The notes under the pieces are model-generated. The model ran no database searches. It was not told the origin of the DNA and saw only the letters and a list, made by a program, of their open reading frames with translations. Shown here in pieces: positions 36,639 through 38,149 of a stretch of 38,149 nt of DNA; the first letter of the stretch is position 1; each line of letters starts with the position of its first letter. Source of the stretch: Jimgerdemannia flammicorona. Lineage: Eukaryota. Both the position numbers and the translations under genes were made by a program. The stretch covers positions 1-38,149 of the forward strand of contig RBNJ01000168.1 of NCBI GenBank assembly GCA_003990765.1, in the 5' to 3' direction.

Positions 36639-37470
36639 AATCTCACACTCTGCATTATGAAAATTTTGATCTGTGGAATACTCATCCCATTTTTACTATC
36701 CATCACATTTGAATACAGGGAAATGCCACCGACATTGAGAAGTACAAACCTGTCAGTGTTGAGATCGTCGCCGCTGATTACAGCGATCACGCCGGTCTCG
36801 TTAAGGCCCTCGAGGGCGTTGACATAGTGGTCAGCACCGTTGGACTCGCCATCCTTTACGACGACCAGATTGCCTTGATCAAGGCCTCTGAAGAGGCTGG
36901 CGCCAAGAGGTTCATTTCTTCGGAGTTCAGTACTGACTCTAGCAAGTAAGCTTCAAATGAATCTTCCTCTCCACTTGACTGACTTTGTGAACTTCAATCA
37001 CATCACCACAGTGTCCCCCCCTTTTCATCAAAAACGTCAAATCTCTGGCCATCTCTGTACGAGCTCCACCCTCGAGTACACGCTCTTCTACACCAACTAC
37101 TTTCTGGATACCTTATTCTCCTTCAACAGCTGGGATCTGACCGCTGGCAAAGCCATCATCATCGGCGACGGCCATACCAAATTCGTCATTGCGAGCTTGG
37201 GCAACCCCAAATCCTGAAATGCTGTCCACGATACTGCTTCCGACGTCGTTTCATGGAACGAGGTCCTTGCCATCATCGGAAAACACGCCGGTAAGTTTGA
37301 TGTCACCAATAGAGATTTGGCGTCCGTCAACCCTGATTCTGTGGTGGATAGCCTCCTTTCTCTTCCCGCTCAGGGGTTAGGCGTCATCGAGCAGTGTCAC
37401 GATCGATTATCCTGATATTAAGGTTACCACTGTCGATCAGTACCTCCGCGAGTTCTATAGCAAACCTTAA
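36433..37470 (+). pseudogene. NmrA / isoflavone-reductase-like NAD(P)-binding oxidoreductase pseudogene
   Basis: Exons 36433-36573, 36719-36945 and 37012-37470. Motifs ILVAGGHGGLG, ILTR, ADYSDHAGLVKALEGVDIVVS, KRFISSEF, LEYT, GDG, YPDIKVTTVDQYL. Lesions: frameshift in the C-run at ~37015, TGA at 37215, second frameshift near 37400. Confidence 0.88.
36595..36636 (+). repeat. Poly(A) run in intron 1 of the NmrA-like locus (similar runs at ~34491, 35673 and 38045)
   Basis: Homopolymer seen directly. Confidence 0.9.
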
Positions 37471-38040
37471 AGCGATCCATATTCAGACTGACCTTTTATT
37501 GAGATTACTTTTCCAGCATATTTATTCTCAGTAATTACGCTAGCACGAAATGTCCATATTTAATAAGCACTTGTTATGTTTACTTTCGATGTACACATAA
37601 TTCAACATGATTGTTATTCCAAGCCAAGCAATTAATATTCATCATTGCGTCTCTTCGTTTACACGGTTTTCTTTGTCCAATTTCATTGCAAGTATGGCAG
37701 TGCTACGTTCAATGAGTCGGACGGCCCAAAATTGATTCAATCATCTTTTCGGTGGAGAGTAATACCTACATGGTATAGTTCAAGACAAGCTGACTCGGAA
37801 ATCATTAGACTTGGCAAATTTGAGTGCACTTTCTTTTTTGCGCGTTTAATTCAATGCTCTCCGTTAAGTGTGCTGCCTCTTGACTGCATTAAGTAGACTC
37901 TAAAGAATTCTTCAGAGATTCATGCATCCATATTTATGTGCCTAGAGGTAATGTCTCCTATGACATATTACTAGCAAATATGTGCATTTATATATTTGTA
38001 AACTGTGATATATCTGTCTGGGTAGCTCGAGTTCATTACT

Positions 38041-38080
<40 letters not shown>

Positions 38081-38149
38081 TTTTATGGACTCAGAGTCCT
38101 GAGGATTTTTATTGGAAGAGAACTTAGACTATATAGGCCAAAACCCTCC

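Overview
Eukaryotic, most likely fungal, genomic DNA; the gene families and intron style suggest an early-diverging Mucoromycota-type genome (inference). Bases 1-28.7 kb are a CpG-depleted, transition-riddled nest of retrotransposons. It holds a near-complete L1/Tx1-type LINE on the minus strand, with two older 5' portions of the same family stacked behind it. It also holds a decayed Ty3/Gypsy element A (minus), a complete Ty3/Gypsy element B (14864-23678, minus; ~1.57-kb LTRs, ATAG target duplication, PBS, PPT) and an internally deleted plus-strand Gypsy element C. A and B share the order gag-PR-Cys/His motif-dUTPase-RT-RH-IN. Most notably, both appear to carry an extra non-gag/pol ORF with an 'AK[KR][IV][HY]x[IL]FR...DF' signature: in A it lies just after integrase, and in B it is built into the U3 of both LTRs. 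Right of a sharp CpG boundary at ~28.7 kb are an intact 8-exon PD-(D/E)xK-like gene, an imperfect repeat array, pseudogenes of serine dehydratase and an NmrA-like reductase, and orphan exons. All calls come from manual reading and translation; no database searches were run.
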